Below, one piece after another: positions 1 through 7,666 of a DNA stretch of 24,000 bases. The position numbers were made by a program, and so were the translations under genes. The notes below the pieces were generated by a model. It was not told the origin of the DNA, did not search any database, and was given only the letters and a program-made list of their open reading frames with translations. How positions within the stretch are numbered: the first letter of the stretch is position 1; every line of letters begins with the position of its first letter. The stretch comes from an uncultured Candidatus Izemoplasmatales bacterium (lineage in GTDB: Bacteria; Bacillota_I; Bacilli_A; Izemoplasmatales; Izemoplasmataceae), in NCBI GenBank assembly GCA_964501715.1, contig CAZCTR010000001.1, positions 100,841 to 124,840 on the forward strand, written 5' to 3'.

Positions 1-2
1 AC

Positions 3-671
3 AAGACCCTAGGGGACGTCTTCACGGTCGCCCATGAAGGCGGACACTCCATGCATTCGCTGTTCGCTAAAGAACATCAGCCCGAACCCACCCAGAACTA
101 CACCATCTTTGTCGCAGAGATCGCCTCCACATTCAACGAACATCTTCTCCTTGATTATTTCATCAACAACAACAAGGGAACCAAAGAGGACAAGGTCCAG
201 CTCCTGCAACAATCGATTGATGATATCGCCGCCACATTCTATCGTCAGACGCTTTTTGCGGCCTATGAGCTCAAAGCTCATGAAATGGCGGAAAAGGGCG
301 AGCCGATCACGTATGAATCCCTCAGTCAAATCATGATTGACCTCTACAAGGACTTCTACGATATCGACATCACCGAAGAGGGCCCTAAACCATATGTATG
401 GGCCTACATCCCTCACTTCTTCTTCGCACCTTACTATGTCTATCAATACGCGACGAGCTTTGCCGCAAGCCTGAAGCTCTATGAGATGGTCAAGGAAGAC
501 CCGTCCAACATCCAGAACCATATGGACCTCCTTAAGAGCGGCGGTGACGACTTCCCCATGAACCAGACCCGTCGCGCGGGGCTTGACCTCACTGACAAGG
601 AGACCTTCCAGGCTGTGACCAAACGTCTTGAAACCCTTCTTGATGAACTCGAACTTGCACTCAAGGAATAA
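3..671 (+). CDS. pepF: Oligoendopeptidase F (M3B zinc metallopeptidase), C-terminal part; N-terminus lies outside the window
   Basis: The frame is open from nt 3. Nt 3-50 translate to KTLGDVFTVAHEAGHS, which places an HEXXH zinc motif (HEAGH, nt 33-47) just upstream of listed ORF 51..671. The rest (FVAEIASTFNE, YVYQYATSFAAS) reads like the PepF C-terminal half. Confidence 0.85.
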   Translation, partial: KTLGDVFTVAHEGGHSMHSLFAKEHQPEPTQNYTIFVAEIASTFNEHLLLDYFINNNKGTKEDKVQLLQQSIDDIAATFYRQTLFAAYELKAHEMAEKGEPITYESLSQIMIDLYKDFYDIDITEEGPKPYVWAYIPHFFFAPYYVYQYATSFAASLKLYEMVKEDPSNIQNHMDLLKSGGDDFPMNQTRRAGLDLTDKETFQAVTKRLETLLDELELALKE

Positions 672-689
672 TCTGATACACTATAAGTG

Positions 690-893
690 ATACGAAACAC
701 GATGAGAAGGACGACCATGACACCCTCAGCGAGTCCGGAGCGGTGAAAGCCGGACAAAAGTCATGTTCTGGCCCTTCGAGTGACGCCAATCCCGTCCGTC
801 TCCCGCGTTAAGGGCATGAGCGCCGGATCATCCGGAAGCAAGGTGGTACCGCGGACACTCCGCCCTTGATTGTTTTGATCAAGGGCGTTTTCT
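690..893 (+). promoter_or_regulatory. T-box riboswitch leader (tRNA-Trp sensing) controlling trpS
   Basis: The conserved T-box sequence AAGGTGGTACCGCG is at 840-853. It is followed by an intrinsic terminator: stem CGCCCTTGAT 861-870 / ATCAAGGGCG 878-887, then TTTT. A Stem-I distal-type element AGCGAGTCCGGAGCGGTGAAAGCCGGA is at 728-754. A UGG triplet at 769-771 is the candidate Trp specifier. The leader sits directly upstream of trpS. The 5' boundary is approximate. Confidence 0.8.
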
Positions 894-912
894 ATTCGAA
901 AGGAGCATGACC

Positions 913-1923
913 ATGAAAGAAAGAACCATCGTATCGGGCATCCAGCCCACAGGCACTTTGAACATCGGAACCTATCTAGGAAGCATCAAGAACTTTGTGA
1001 AGCTTCAGGAAACCTACCAGGACCATCACTTCTTTTTGTTCATCGCAGACTTGCACGCGATCACCATTCCAAGAGATCGCTTGAAACTTAGAAGGACCAT
1101 CAAGGAACTCGCCGCATTATACCTTGCCTGCGGACTCAAAAAAGAGCGCTTGTCCCTCTTCATCCAATCCGAAGTGAGGGCCCATTCCCATATGGCCTAT
1201 CTTCTTCAATGTTTCACATACATGGGGGAGCTCGAACGTATGACGCAGTTTAAGGACAAAGCCAAGAAACAAACCAATGGCGTCAGCGCGTCCCTGTTCA
1301 CCTACCCCTCCCTCATGGCAGGGGACATCCTGCTTTATGATGCGGAATACGTACCCGTCGGAGAGGATCAGAAACAGCACCTCGAGCTGGCACGAAACAT
1401 TGCCGAACGCGTAAATAACCGCTTCGGAGAGTTCTTCACCGTGCCGAAACCGTTGATTCCCAAAGTGGGCGCACGCATCATGAGTTTGACAGACCCCACC
1501 AGCAAGATGAGCAAATCCGATGAAAACGTCAAATCAAGAATCCTTTTGCTGGATGATGAGTCCATCATCCGCAAAAGGATCAAAAGCGCCGTCACCGACA
1601 GCGAGGGTTCCATACGCTTCGACAAAGAGAACAAACCAGGCATCTCCAATCTCATGACCATGATGGGGTCAATCACCAATGAGACAATGGAAGCCATAGA
1701 AAGCCGTTATAAGGAAGAGACCTCATACAAGGCTTTCAAAGAGGAACTCGCGGAACTAGTGGTGAATGAACTGAAACCGATACAAAAGCGTTATGAGGAA
1801 CTCATCAAATCCAATGAACTCGATGAGATTCTTGACGAAGGCGCCAAAGCGGCCTCTAGAATCGCGGAGAAGAAAGTTCGCAAGTTCGACCACAAACTCG
1901 GGCTCGGCCGTAAAAGACGCTGA
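913..1923 (+). CDS. trpS: Tryptophan--tRNA ligase
   Basis: Class I aaRS signatures are present: SGIQPTGTLNIGTYLG at the N-terminus and KMSKS (KMSKSD). AGGAG at 901-905 is 7 nt from ATG 913. The ORF-track start at 907 is only 1 nt from the SD, so 913 is preferred. A T-box leader lies upstream. Confidence 0.93.
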   Translation: MKERTIVSGIQPTGTLNIGTYLGSIKNFVKLQETYQDHHFFLFIADLHAITIPRDRLKLRRTIKELAALYLACGLKKERLSLFIQSEVRAHSHMAYLLQCFTYMGELERMTQFKDKAKKQTNGVSASLFTYPSLMAGDILLYDAEYVPVGEDQKQHLELARNIAERVNNRFGEFFTVPKPLIPKVGARIMSLTDPTSKMSKSDENVKSRILLLDDESIIRKRIKSAVTDSEGSIRFDKENKPGISNLMTMMGSITNETMEAIESRYKEETSYKAFKEELAELVVNELKPIQKRYEELIKSNELDEILDEGAKAASRIAEKKVRKFDHKLGLGRKRR

Positions 1924-1960
1924 TCAAAGCCAGAAACCCATCACTACTATAGATAAGCAA

Positions 1961-1998
1961 GGCTCCGTGAACGTATTTTACGCTCACGGAGCCTTTAT
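1961..1998 (+). terminator. Intrinsic terminator after trpS
   Basis: Stem GGCTCCGTGA 1961-1970 pairs with TCACGGAGCC 1984-1993, followed by TTTATT. Confidence 0.7.
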
Positions 1999-2140
1999 TA
2001 GTGTATGCATCCCTGCAGAACATTCAGAGCATCAGACACCACGCATGATGTGGCATGTGAAAATATGACAAGACATACCAATGCGTCTTAACATTGAGAC
2101 TGTAAAATATTCAGCAGTGAATGAAGATGGAGAAAAGTGC

Positions 2141-3334
2141 TCAATCCGCATAGTTCTTGAAATAATTCTGAACCAGCACGATGGGCGTACCCTTGTCTCC
2201 GCTTCCGGAAACCAAATCACATAGCGAACCGATTAAATCAACGTACTGCCTTGGTGTGGTCCCTTGGGACAGCATGGAACCTTTTAGGGAAGTGTCTTTG
2301 GCACGGATTTTATTTTTCACAGCTTTTTCCAAGGACTCGCCCTCAAGGTCGGCAAACTCATTATCCGCGACATATTTTAATTTGAGTTCATTTGGAGACC
2401 CGCTCAATCCATCCGTGTATCCCGGTGACACCACCGGATCAGCAAGCTCCCAGATGCCGCCGGCAGGATCCTTGTAAGCACCGTCTCCATATATCATGAC
2501 CTCGGGCATGACACCGAACCTGTCACCGATTGTCTTTTGAATGACCTTAGCCGTCTTGAAACCGTCGCGCGGGAAGAGTTTCAGGCGTTCCTCGGTGGAT
2601 TTGTTGCTGCCCAAAAGACCGTAAGCCGGATTGTGGCCTTTTCCGATGACGGGTGCATTCAATAAGTCCACAAGTGTCAATACGTTCTTGGCGCCAGCTT
2701 TCACCAACCGCTTTTTCGTCATGGACCTGGTGTGGATATCACATGCGAGGACTCTGTCGGTATGCTTCAAGATGTAGGCTGGATTGTTGGAAAAGATGAC
2801 GTTAACTGTGCATCCTTCTGCTTCAGCGACAGACTTGTAGTATTCAATGTAATCGACGCCCGTGAACGGATGGGGCTCATAGCCGAATTGATGCCTGAAT
2901 GTCGCCTCATCCAAAACATCCTTCCACGGATTGATGTCTTGTTCAAACAGGTTTTCATCGCTTACAAGACGGTTCCCCACCTCGTCCGAAGGGTAGTTGA
3001 GCATCAGGTCAATGTGGTCCATGCTGCGTGCGACCCCCTTCAAAATCAGCGAGAAACGGTTCCTGCTCAAAATAGGGAATATGACGCCAAGTGTGCGAGC
3101 CCCATCATTTTTCCTTCTGACGTCCCTGGCAACCTCGTCGACCGTCACGTAATTGCCTTCCGCCCGGGCGACAACCGCTTCGCTCACGGCCACGACATCA
3201 TCCTCCAAAAGTGGGACTCCCATCTCTTCAACGGCGTCAGAGAGGCTGTTTGCGACCAACCGGTCTATGGCATCCCCTTCTTTGATGATGGGTGCTCTGA
3301 TCCCGATGGCCTTCGTTCCAATATGACTCGGCAT
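2141..3334 (-). CDS. CofE-like protein (F420-0:gamma-glutamyl ligase family fold) with a large internal insertion; true substrate unknown
   Basis: The N-terminal IGIRAPIIKEGDAIDRLV...DVVAVSEAVVARAEG, the central GLLGSNKS...MIYGDGAYKDPAGGIWELADPVVSPG and the C-terminal SGSGDKGTPIVLV line up by eye with the CofE blocks (PLIKEGDDL..VVCSTVISKAEGR; NAGIDASN; ITDTNGR..G; GEGGDGIPAVVV). The start is set at ATG 3334 because AGGAGG lies 6 nt upstream. The 32 codons upstream in ORF 2141..3430 overlap a terminator and have no SD. Confidence 0.7.
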   Translation of the reverse strand: MPSHIGTKAIGIRAPIIKEGDAIDRLVANSLSDAVEEMGVPLLEDDVVAVSEAVVARAEGNYVTVDEVARDVRRKNDGARTLGVIFPILSRNRFSLILKGVARSMDHIDLMLNYPSDEVGNRLVSDENLFEQDINPWKDVLDEATFRHQFGYEPHPFTGVDYIEYYKSVAEAEGCTVNVIFSNNPAYILKHTDRVLACDIHTRSMTKKRLVKAGAKNVLTLVDLLNAPVIGKGHNPAYGLLGSNKSTEERLKLFPRDGFKTAKVIQKTIGDRFGVMPEVMIYGDGAYKDPAGGIWELADPVVSPGYTDGLSGSPNELKLKYVADNEFADLEGESLEKAVKNKIRAKDTSLKGSMLSQGTTPRQYVDLIGSLCDLVSGSGDKGTPIVLVQNYFKNYAD

Positions 3335-3379
3335 GCGTCTCCTCCTATGAATACATTTTGTCTGGCTTGTTGACCGCCA

Positions 3380-3434
3380 TATAAAAACCCTCGAACAGCC
3401 ACCCCGGCATGCGCCAGAGAAAGGGTTCAAGGGT
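3380..3434 (-). terminator. Intrinsic terminator after ptsH (long-loop hairpin plus U-run)
   Basis: On the minus-strand RNA, ACCCUUGAAC (3434-3425) pairs with GUUCGAGGGU (3396-3387), including one G-U pair. An inner CUGGC/GCCGG helix also forms. The hairpin is followed by UUUUUAUAU. Confidence 0.5.
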
Positions 3435-3444
3435 AGGGTTCATA

Positions 3445-3705
3445 TCATTTCAGATTCATTTGCCGGATATGCTCCGTAATGGCTTCCATGGCCTTGACCT
3501 CATCCGCGCCCTTGGCCTCGATCACGACCAGGCTTCCACGTTCGGCACCCAAAGAAAGGACGCCCATGATGCTCTTGAGATCAACCTTGACGTCATCATA
3601 AGTGATGGAGATGTCGCTTCTGAACTGGTTCGCCTTGGACACCAAGGTCGTCGCGGGGCGGGCATGAAGCCCTTCCTGGTTGGAAATCACGAATTCTTTT
3701 CTCAT
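3445..3705 (-). CDS. ptsH: Phosphocarrier protein HPr
   Basis: 86 aa. The His15 site is GLHARPA and the Ser46 site is LKSIMGV, with typical HPr length and layout. Confidence 0.95.
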   Translation of the reverse strand: MRKEFVISNQEGLHARPATTLVSKANQFRSDISITYDDVKVDLKSIMGVLSLGAERGSLVVIEAKGADEVKAMEAITEHIRQMNLK

Positions 3706-4055
3706 TGTTTTCTTTCCTCCATCATTTCTAGCAATGCTTGATACACTGCCTCATTATCCGTTTCAAAATAAAACTTGATTTTCTTACCGACGACATTCAC
3801 CCCGGTCGCCCCGGCCTCTTTCAGTGATTCCATCTCTATATCGCGTGGACGTTTCACGGTGACGTTGATCTTATGGCGCTCGAATGTCACTGATTGAATG
3901 TCCGCTTCGTCCAAGGTTTCATAGAGGGCTTTCACATCCACTGTAGCTTTTGGTTTTTTTGCAAGGGTCAGAAGAATGATGACAAGTCCGACAAGGAGCA
4001 GGGCCACGCCGGTGATGAGAATATAGTGATTCATTTCGAGATTATTGAAGTCCAT
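3702..4055 (-). CDS. Membrane-anchored protein with a degenerate PTS EIIB(Glc)-like domain lacking the active-site Cys
   Basis: One N-terminal TM helix (ILITGVALLLVGLVIILLTL) is followed by DIQSVTFERHKINVTVKRPRDIEMESLKEAGATGVNVVGKKIKFYF. This resembles the EIIB signature (NIxxvxxCxTRLRxxvkD...lkxxGvxGv) but has Glu where the Cys should be. AAGGAG lies upstream. Its stop overlaps the ptsH start (ATGA at 3702-3705). Confidence 0.6.
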   Translation of the reverse strand: MDFNNLEMNHYILITGVALLLVGLVIILLTLAKKPKATVDVKALYETLDEADIQSVTFERHKINVTVKRPRDIEMESLKEAGATGVNVVGKKIKFYFETDNEAVYQALLEMMEERKQ

Positions 4056-4085
4056 GTCGTGATCACTCCTTATCTAGTCGCGTTT

Positions 4086-4096
4086 ATTTTATCACA
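4086..4096 (-). promoter_or_regulatory. Candidate extended -10 promoter (TG-A-TAAAAT) for the EIIB-like/ptsH operon
   Basis: The minus strand reads CTGTGATAAAATAAA about 30 nt upstream of the 4055 start. No good -35 element is present. Confidence 0.3.
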
Positions 4097-4163
4097 GTTC
4101 ATTTATTTTTAAAACGTTTTAAGGTATAATATGAGAATATGAAAACGAAAGCAAGGTGACACC

Positions 4164-4979
4164 ATGAGCAGTCTGGTCACATTTGTCAAATACCTTTTCC
4201 TAGGGGCTCTTCAAGGAATCACGGAACCGCTACCCATCTCTTCTAGCGGTCATCTCGTAATCGCCCAAGCCTTTCTCAACATGCCCAATGTCGATTACCT
4301 TCTCGAGGTCTGGCTCAATTTCGCGAGCCTCATGGCTGTCATCGTCCTTTTCCGGAAGCGGATCACATCCTTGATCCAAGGCAACATGGCCTATCTCTTC
4401 AAACGCGACAAGTCGGCTCGGCACCATTTCGATTATGCACTCGCGATACTCATCGGAATCATCCCCGCAGGCCTCGTCGGCTTTTTCCTGAACGACATCC
4501 TTTCAAGGTTCTTTCTGAATCTCTTGTCTGTAGGAATCGCCCTTTTCGTGACAGGAGGGCTACTGCTTTTTGTCCAGACCCAAAGTGAAGAGAATGAGGA
4601 TACCGACATTTCACGCATGGACGCTTTGGTCATCGGTCTCTTTCAGGTGCTTGCTTTGATCCCGGGGATATCGAGAAGCGGAACCACTGTCGTAGGGGGA
4701 CTGTTGAGACGTATCGAGGCTACAAAAGTGATTGAATTCTCTTTCATGCTCTATATCCCCATAAGCATCGCTTCAATGGGGCTTGAAGCGATGAACATCG
4801 AAAGTTTCGACCATCCCGCGTCCGCGTTTATTGCAAGTTTCATTGTAAGTGGCATACTCACTTATTACGCCCTGAAGCTTTTTGTTCATCTAATCAAGAG
4901 AGGAAACCTCAAATATTTTGCAGCTTACTGCTTCACAGTGGGCGCCTTCTCCATTATCATGTATTTAGTGGGAGCGTGA
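4164..4979 (+). CDS. uppP: Undecaprenyl-diphosphate phosphatase
   Basis: 271-aa polytopic membrane protein with the BacA/UppP motif LQGITEPLPISSSGHL and PGISRSG. AAGGTGA lies upstream of the ATG. Confidence 0.92.
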   Translation: MSSLVTFVKYLFLGALQGITEPLPISSSGHLVIAQAFLNMPNVDYLLEVWLNFASLMAVIVLFRKRITSLIQGNMAYLFKRDKSARHHFDYALAILIGIIPAGLVGFFLNDILSRFFLNLLSVGIALFVTGGLLLFVQTQSEENEDTDISRMDALVIGLFQVLALIPGISRSGTTVVGGLLRRIEATKVIEFSFMLYIPISIASMGLEAMNIESFDHPASAFIASFIVSGILTYYALKLFVHLIKRGNLKYFAAYCFTVGAFSIIMYLVGA

Positions 4980-4982
4980 AAT

Positions 4983-5393
4983 ATGAAAACCCTGATCGCC
5001 AATGACAAACGTACAGTGCTCGATCATTTCAAGGTCCGTGGTGAAGTGTTCATCATTGAACAGGCCATCGACTGGGAAGAGGAGTTCGACGGCAAGGATT
5101 ATGACGCCACCCTCTTCGTCCTCTACAAGGGGGATGAACCAATCGGTGCCGCCAGGCTCACGGGTGACCATGTCGGAAGGGTTGCGGTGCTTAAGGCTCA
5201 CAGGCATGAAAACGCGGGGACCCTCATCATGAAAGATCTTGAGAATGAAGCACGTCGGCAAGGCATCCGGACGCTCTATCTTGGTGCCCAGAAACCTGTC
5301 ATCCCGTTTTACGAATCCCTGGGCTACGAAGCCTACGGGGACATCTTCCTTGATGCCATGATTGAACATCGCATGATGAAAAAGACCCTATGA
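4983..5393 (+). CDS. GNAT family N-acetyltransferase
   Basis: 136 aa. The acetyl-CoA binding core is GRVAVLKAHRHENAGTLIMKDLENEARRQG, followed by the FYESLGY motif typical of GNAT. The substrate is unknown. Confidence 0.8.
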   Translation: MKTLIANDKRTVLDHFKVRGEVFIIEQAIDWEEEFDGKDYDATLFVLYKGDEPIGAARLTGDHVGRVAVLKAHRHENAGTLIMKDLENEARRQGIRTLYLGAQKPVIPFYESLGYEAYGDIFLDAMIEHRMMKKTL

Positions 5394-5464
5394 ATAGGTT
5401 CCAATCGATTTTCACATCGGTATGAATTCCGCTTATACCAAACAAAAACTCAAGAGGTGATACC

Positions 5465-5968
5465 ATGGACACAGTAATCGAAGCCATCATCGAAATCCCG
5501 ATGGGCACAAAGAACAAATACGAGATCGACAAGAAGCGCAACCGGATCAAGCTGGACCGGGTGCTTTATTCACAGATGACCTATCCGGCCGAATATGGTT
5601 ATATCGAGCACACCCTCGCTGAGGACAACGACCCGCTCGACATTCTCATCATGGCCAGCACCAAGACTTTTCCGGGATGCATCGTCGATGCAAGGGTCAT
5701 CGGTTCGCTCGACATGATTGACAACGACGAACCCGACCACAAGATCATCGCTGTCATGGAGGACGATCCACGTTTTTCCCATATCCACAAACTCAGCGAC
5801 ATACAGGACCACACCTTGAGGGAAATCAAACATTTTTTCGCCACCTACAAGGACCTTCAACAGAACAAGAAAGTCATTGTGAAGGATTTCCACAACAAGG
5901 ATTACGCCGACAAATTGATCGATGACAGTCGGCGAAGATATCAAAAAGATATAAAGGAGCATGAATAA
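5465..5968 (+). CDS. ppa: Inorganic pyrophosphatase (family I)
   Basis: EIPMGTKNKYEIDK, YPAEYGYI and DNDPLDILI are canonical family I PPase motifs. AGAGGTGA lies upstream. Confidence 0.93.
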   Translation: MDTVIEAIIEIPMGTKNKYEIDKKRNRIKLDRVLYSQMTYPAEYGYIEHTLAEDNDPLDILIMASTKTFPGCIVDARVIGSLDMIDNDEPDHKIIAVMEDDPRFSHIHKLSDIQDHTLREIKHFFATYKDLQQNKKVIVKDFHNKDYADKLIDDSRRRYQKDIKEHE

Positions 5969-5969
5969 T

Positions 5970-6365
5970 ATGGCTACAAATATCAAGATGGTTTTCGACA
6001 ACCAGACCAACGGTGTCCTGAACGGATCGCACGGATCGACCACAGTCGGTAGCGAGGATGGCGCCCTGGCCGCTTACGACATGGTCCTGGGTGGACTCGG
6101 AGCTTGTCTGAACCACACTTTCCAAAGCATTTTGAGCAAGAAGAAACTTGAGTTCCATAGCGTCAACTATGAGATAGAAGGCGTCAAGCGTGACGAAGTG
6201 CCTGCGACACTTAAAACCGTCGACATCCAAGTGACAGTGACCGGTGTCGACAGCGACAAAGAGGCACAGGCTCAAAAGGCCTGGGAGATGGCCACCCGCT
6301 ACTGCAGCATGCATGTGACGCTCTCACACGTCGCGGACATGACTTCCACCCTCACATTCAAATAA
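5970..6365 (+). CDS. OsmC/Ohr family peroxiredoxin-like protein
   Basis: LGGLGACLNHTF and ATRYCSMHVTL supply the two conserved Cys regions of OsmC-family proteins. ATG 5970 is 10 nt after AGGAG (5955-5959) and does not overlap ppa, whereas ATG 5961 is 1 nt from the SD. Confidence 0.8.
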   Translation: MATNIKMVFDNQTNGVLNGSHGSTTVGSEDGALAAYDMVLGGLGACLNHTFQSILSKKKLEFHSVNYEIEGVKRDEVPATLKTVDIQVTVTGVDSDKEAQAQKAWEMATRYCSMHVTLSHVADMTSTLTFK

Positions 6366-6368
6366 CCG

Positions 6369-6393
6369 AAAGCCCCTTAGAAGGGGCTTTTTT
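6369..6393 (+). terminator. Intrinsic terminator after the OsmC-family gene
   Basis: AAAGCCCC 6369-6376 pairs with GGGGCTTT 6383-6390, and the T-run extends to 6393. Confidence 0.8.
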
Positions 6394-6399
6394 CAAATG

Positions 6400-6424
6400 A
6401 AAAAAACACTTTCAGCGAAAGTGT
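6400..6424 (-). terminator. Intrinsic terminator after the tRNA-Gly pair
   Basis: The minus strand reads ACACUUUC-GCU-GAAAGUGU followed by UUUUUU (plus-strand A-run 6400-6405). Confidence 0.7.
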
Positions 6425-6437
6425 CTTGTTTTAAAGA

Positions 6438-6511
<74 letters not shown>

Positions 6512-6533
6512 ATGGGTGAAGGCTGAAATAAAA

Positions 6534-6607
6534 TGGAGCGGGTGAAGGGGATCGAACCCTCGATTCCACCATGGCAAGGTGGTGTTTTACCACTAAACTA
6601 CACCCGC
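6534..6607 (-). tRNA. tRNA-Gly (anticodon GCC), CCA encoded
   Basis: The reverse complement is GCGGGTGTAGTTTAGTGGTAAAACACCACCTTGCCATGGTGGAATCGAGGGTTCGATCCCCTTCACCCGCTCCA. The anticodon stem is CCACC/GGTGG with loop TTGCCAT. Confidence 0.92.
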
Positions 6608-6640
6608 ATGTTCAAGGCGCCGCCTTAATTCAGCGTGATT

Positions 6641-6670
6641 ATAATACCACGAAACAAAGAAGACTGTCAA
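6641..6670 (-). promoter_or_regulatory. Sigma-A type promoter for the tRNA-Gly genes
   Basis: The minus strand reads TTGACA-18 nt-TATTAT with TGG immediately before the -10 (extended -10). It lies about 30 nt upstream of the first tRNA 5' end. Confidence 0.6.
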
Positions 6671-6678
6671 GGCAACGC

Positions 6679-7611
6679 TCAGCTTTTTTTAAGTTTTTGG
6701 ATGGCGCGCAATTTGGCGCTATGCGCCCGGTTGTTACTGGCGACCTCCTCCTCGGAAGGCCTGATCACTTTTCGATGAAGCAGTTTGAAATCAGGGGTCG
6801 TCGTCGGCATGGTGGGAAGTTCCTTCGGATGGTCCACTGTGGAAGCATCCTTGAAGAGGTTCTTGACGATGCGGTCCTCGAGCGAATGGAAGGTGATCAC
6901 CACGATGATACCGCCTGGTTCGAGCATATCAAGCGCGTCCTTCAGGGAAGTCTTTAGAACGTCCAACTCCTTGTTCACGGCGATACGAAGGGCCTGGAAC
7001 GTCTTTTTTGCAGGATGCCCCTTCTTGGAAAGGACATGCCCGGGCAAAGCCTTTTTCACGATACCGACCAGTTGACCGGTCGTCTCGATGGATTCAGCGT
7101 CGCGCTCTTTGAGAATCCTTTCGGCGATTCTCGGCGCGAATCGTTCCTCACCGTACTGAAACAATATATCCCGGATGGCTTTTTTGGAGTACGTGTTGAC
7201 GATTTCCTTGGCGGTCAGCGGTTGTCTTTGGTCCATCCGCATGTCCAACGTCGCATCATCGACACGGTAGGAGAACCCTCGTTCAGCCGTGTCAAAATGA
7301 TGGGAGGAAACACCCAAATCATAAAGGATGCCGTCCACACCGGTGACCCCGATGGAAAGGAGCGTCTCTTTCATATGTGAGAAGTTCTTCTCGAACACCG
7401 TGAAACGGTTCCCCACTTCTTCCAACCTCTCTTTGGCGACAGGAAGGGTCTCAGTGTCCTGATCAAAAGCATAGAGATATCCGGAGGATATTCTTTTGAG
7501 GATTTCCCTGCTATGGCCCGCAAAGCCGAGCGTGCAGTCCACATAAAGACCGTCCTGTTTGATGTCGAGATAATCGAGCGCCTCTTTGAGAAGCACGGGT
7601 GTGTGTGCCAT
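6679..7611 (-). CDS. rsmH: 16S rRNA (cytosine1402-N4)-methyltransferase
   Basis: HTPVLLKEALDYL, DCTLGFAGHS, the DLGVSS and ITFHSLEDR motifs identify RsmH/MraW. GAGGTG is 6 nt before ATG 7611. The GTG at 7620 used by the ORF track overlaps the SD. Confidence 0.93.
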   Translation of the reverse strand: MAHTPVLLKEALDYLDIKQDGLYVDCTLGFAGHSREILKRISSGYLYAFDQDTETLPVAKERLEEVGNRFTVFEKNFSHMKETLLSIGVTGVDGILYDLGVSSHHFDTAERGFSYRVDDATLDMRMDQRQPLTAKEIVNTYSKKAIRDILFQYGEERFAPRIAERILKERDAESIETTGQLVGIVKKALPGHVLSKKGHPAKKTFQALRIAVNKELDVLKTSLKDALDMLEPGGIIVVITFHSLEDRIVKNLFKDASTVDHPKELPTMPTTTPDFKLLHRKVIRPSEEEVASNNRAHSAKLRAIQKLKKS

Positions 7612-7626
7612 GTTTTTCACCTCGGA

Positions 7627-7661
7627 TAAAAGAAAAACGCTTTTTTAAGCGCTTCTTTTTT
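7627..7661 (-). terminator. Probable intrinsic terminator or attenuating hairpin after rpmF
   Basis: The minus-strand RNA reads GAAGCGCUU-AAAA-AAGCGUUUU (9 bp including 2 G-U pairs) followed by UCUUUUAU. Confidence 0.45.
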
Positions 7662-7666
7662 GTTGC

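Noticed and set aside
1793-2220. Short ORFs (91 aa plus strand, 62 aa minus strand) spanning the trpS/CofE-like convergent spacer
   Set aside because: They run through the trpS terminator hairpin or overlap the ends of real genes. They have no SD and an implausible composition. The roughly 140-bp spacer from 2000 to 2140 shows no convincing structure or motif that I can support.
2732-3373. 213-aa plus-strand ORF antisense to the CofE-like gene
   Set aside because: It is a shadow ORF. The minus-strand frame carries the recognisable CofE blocks and a strong AGGAGG SD.
3335-3430. 32-codon N-terminal extension of ORF 2141..3430 (MNPFSGACRGGCSRVFIWRSTSQTKCIHRRRR)
   Set aside because: It overlaps the ptsH terminator hairpin, has no SD, and has an unnatural Cys/Arg-rich composition. 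An AGGAGG-ATG at 3334 gives a start matching the conserved N-terminus of the family.
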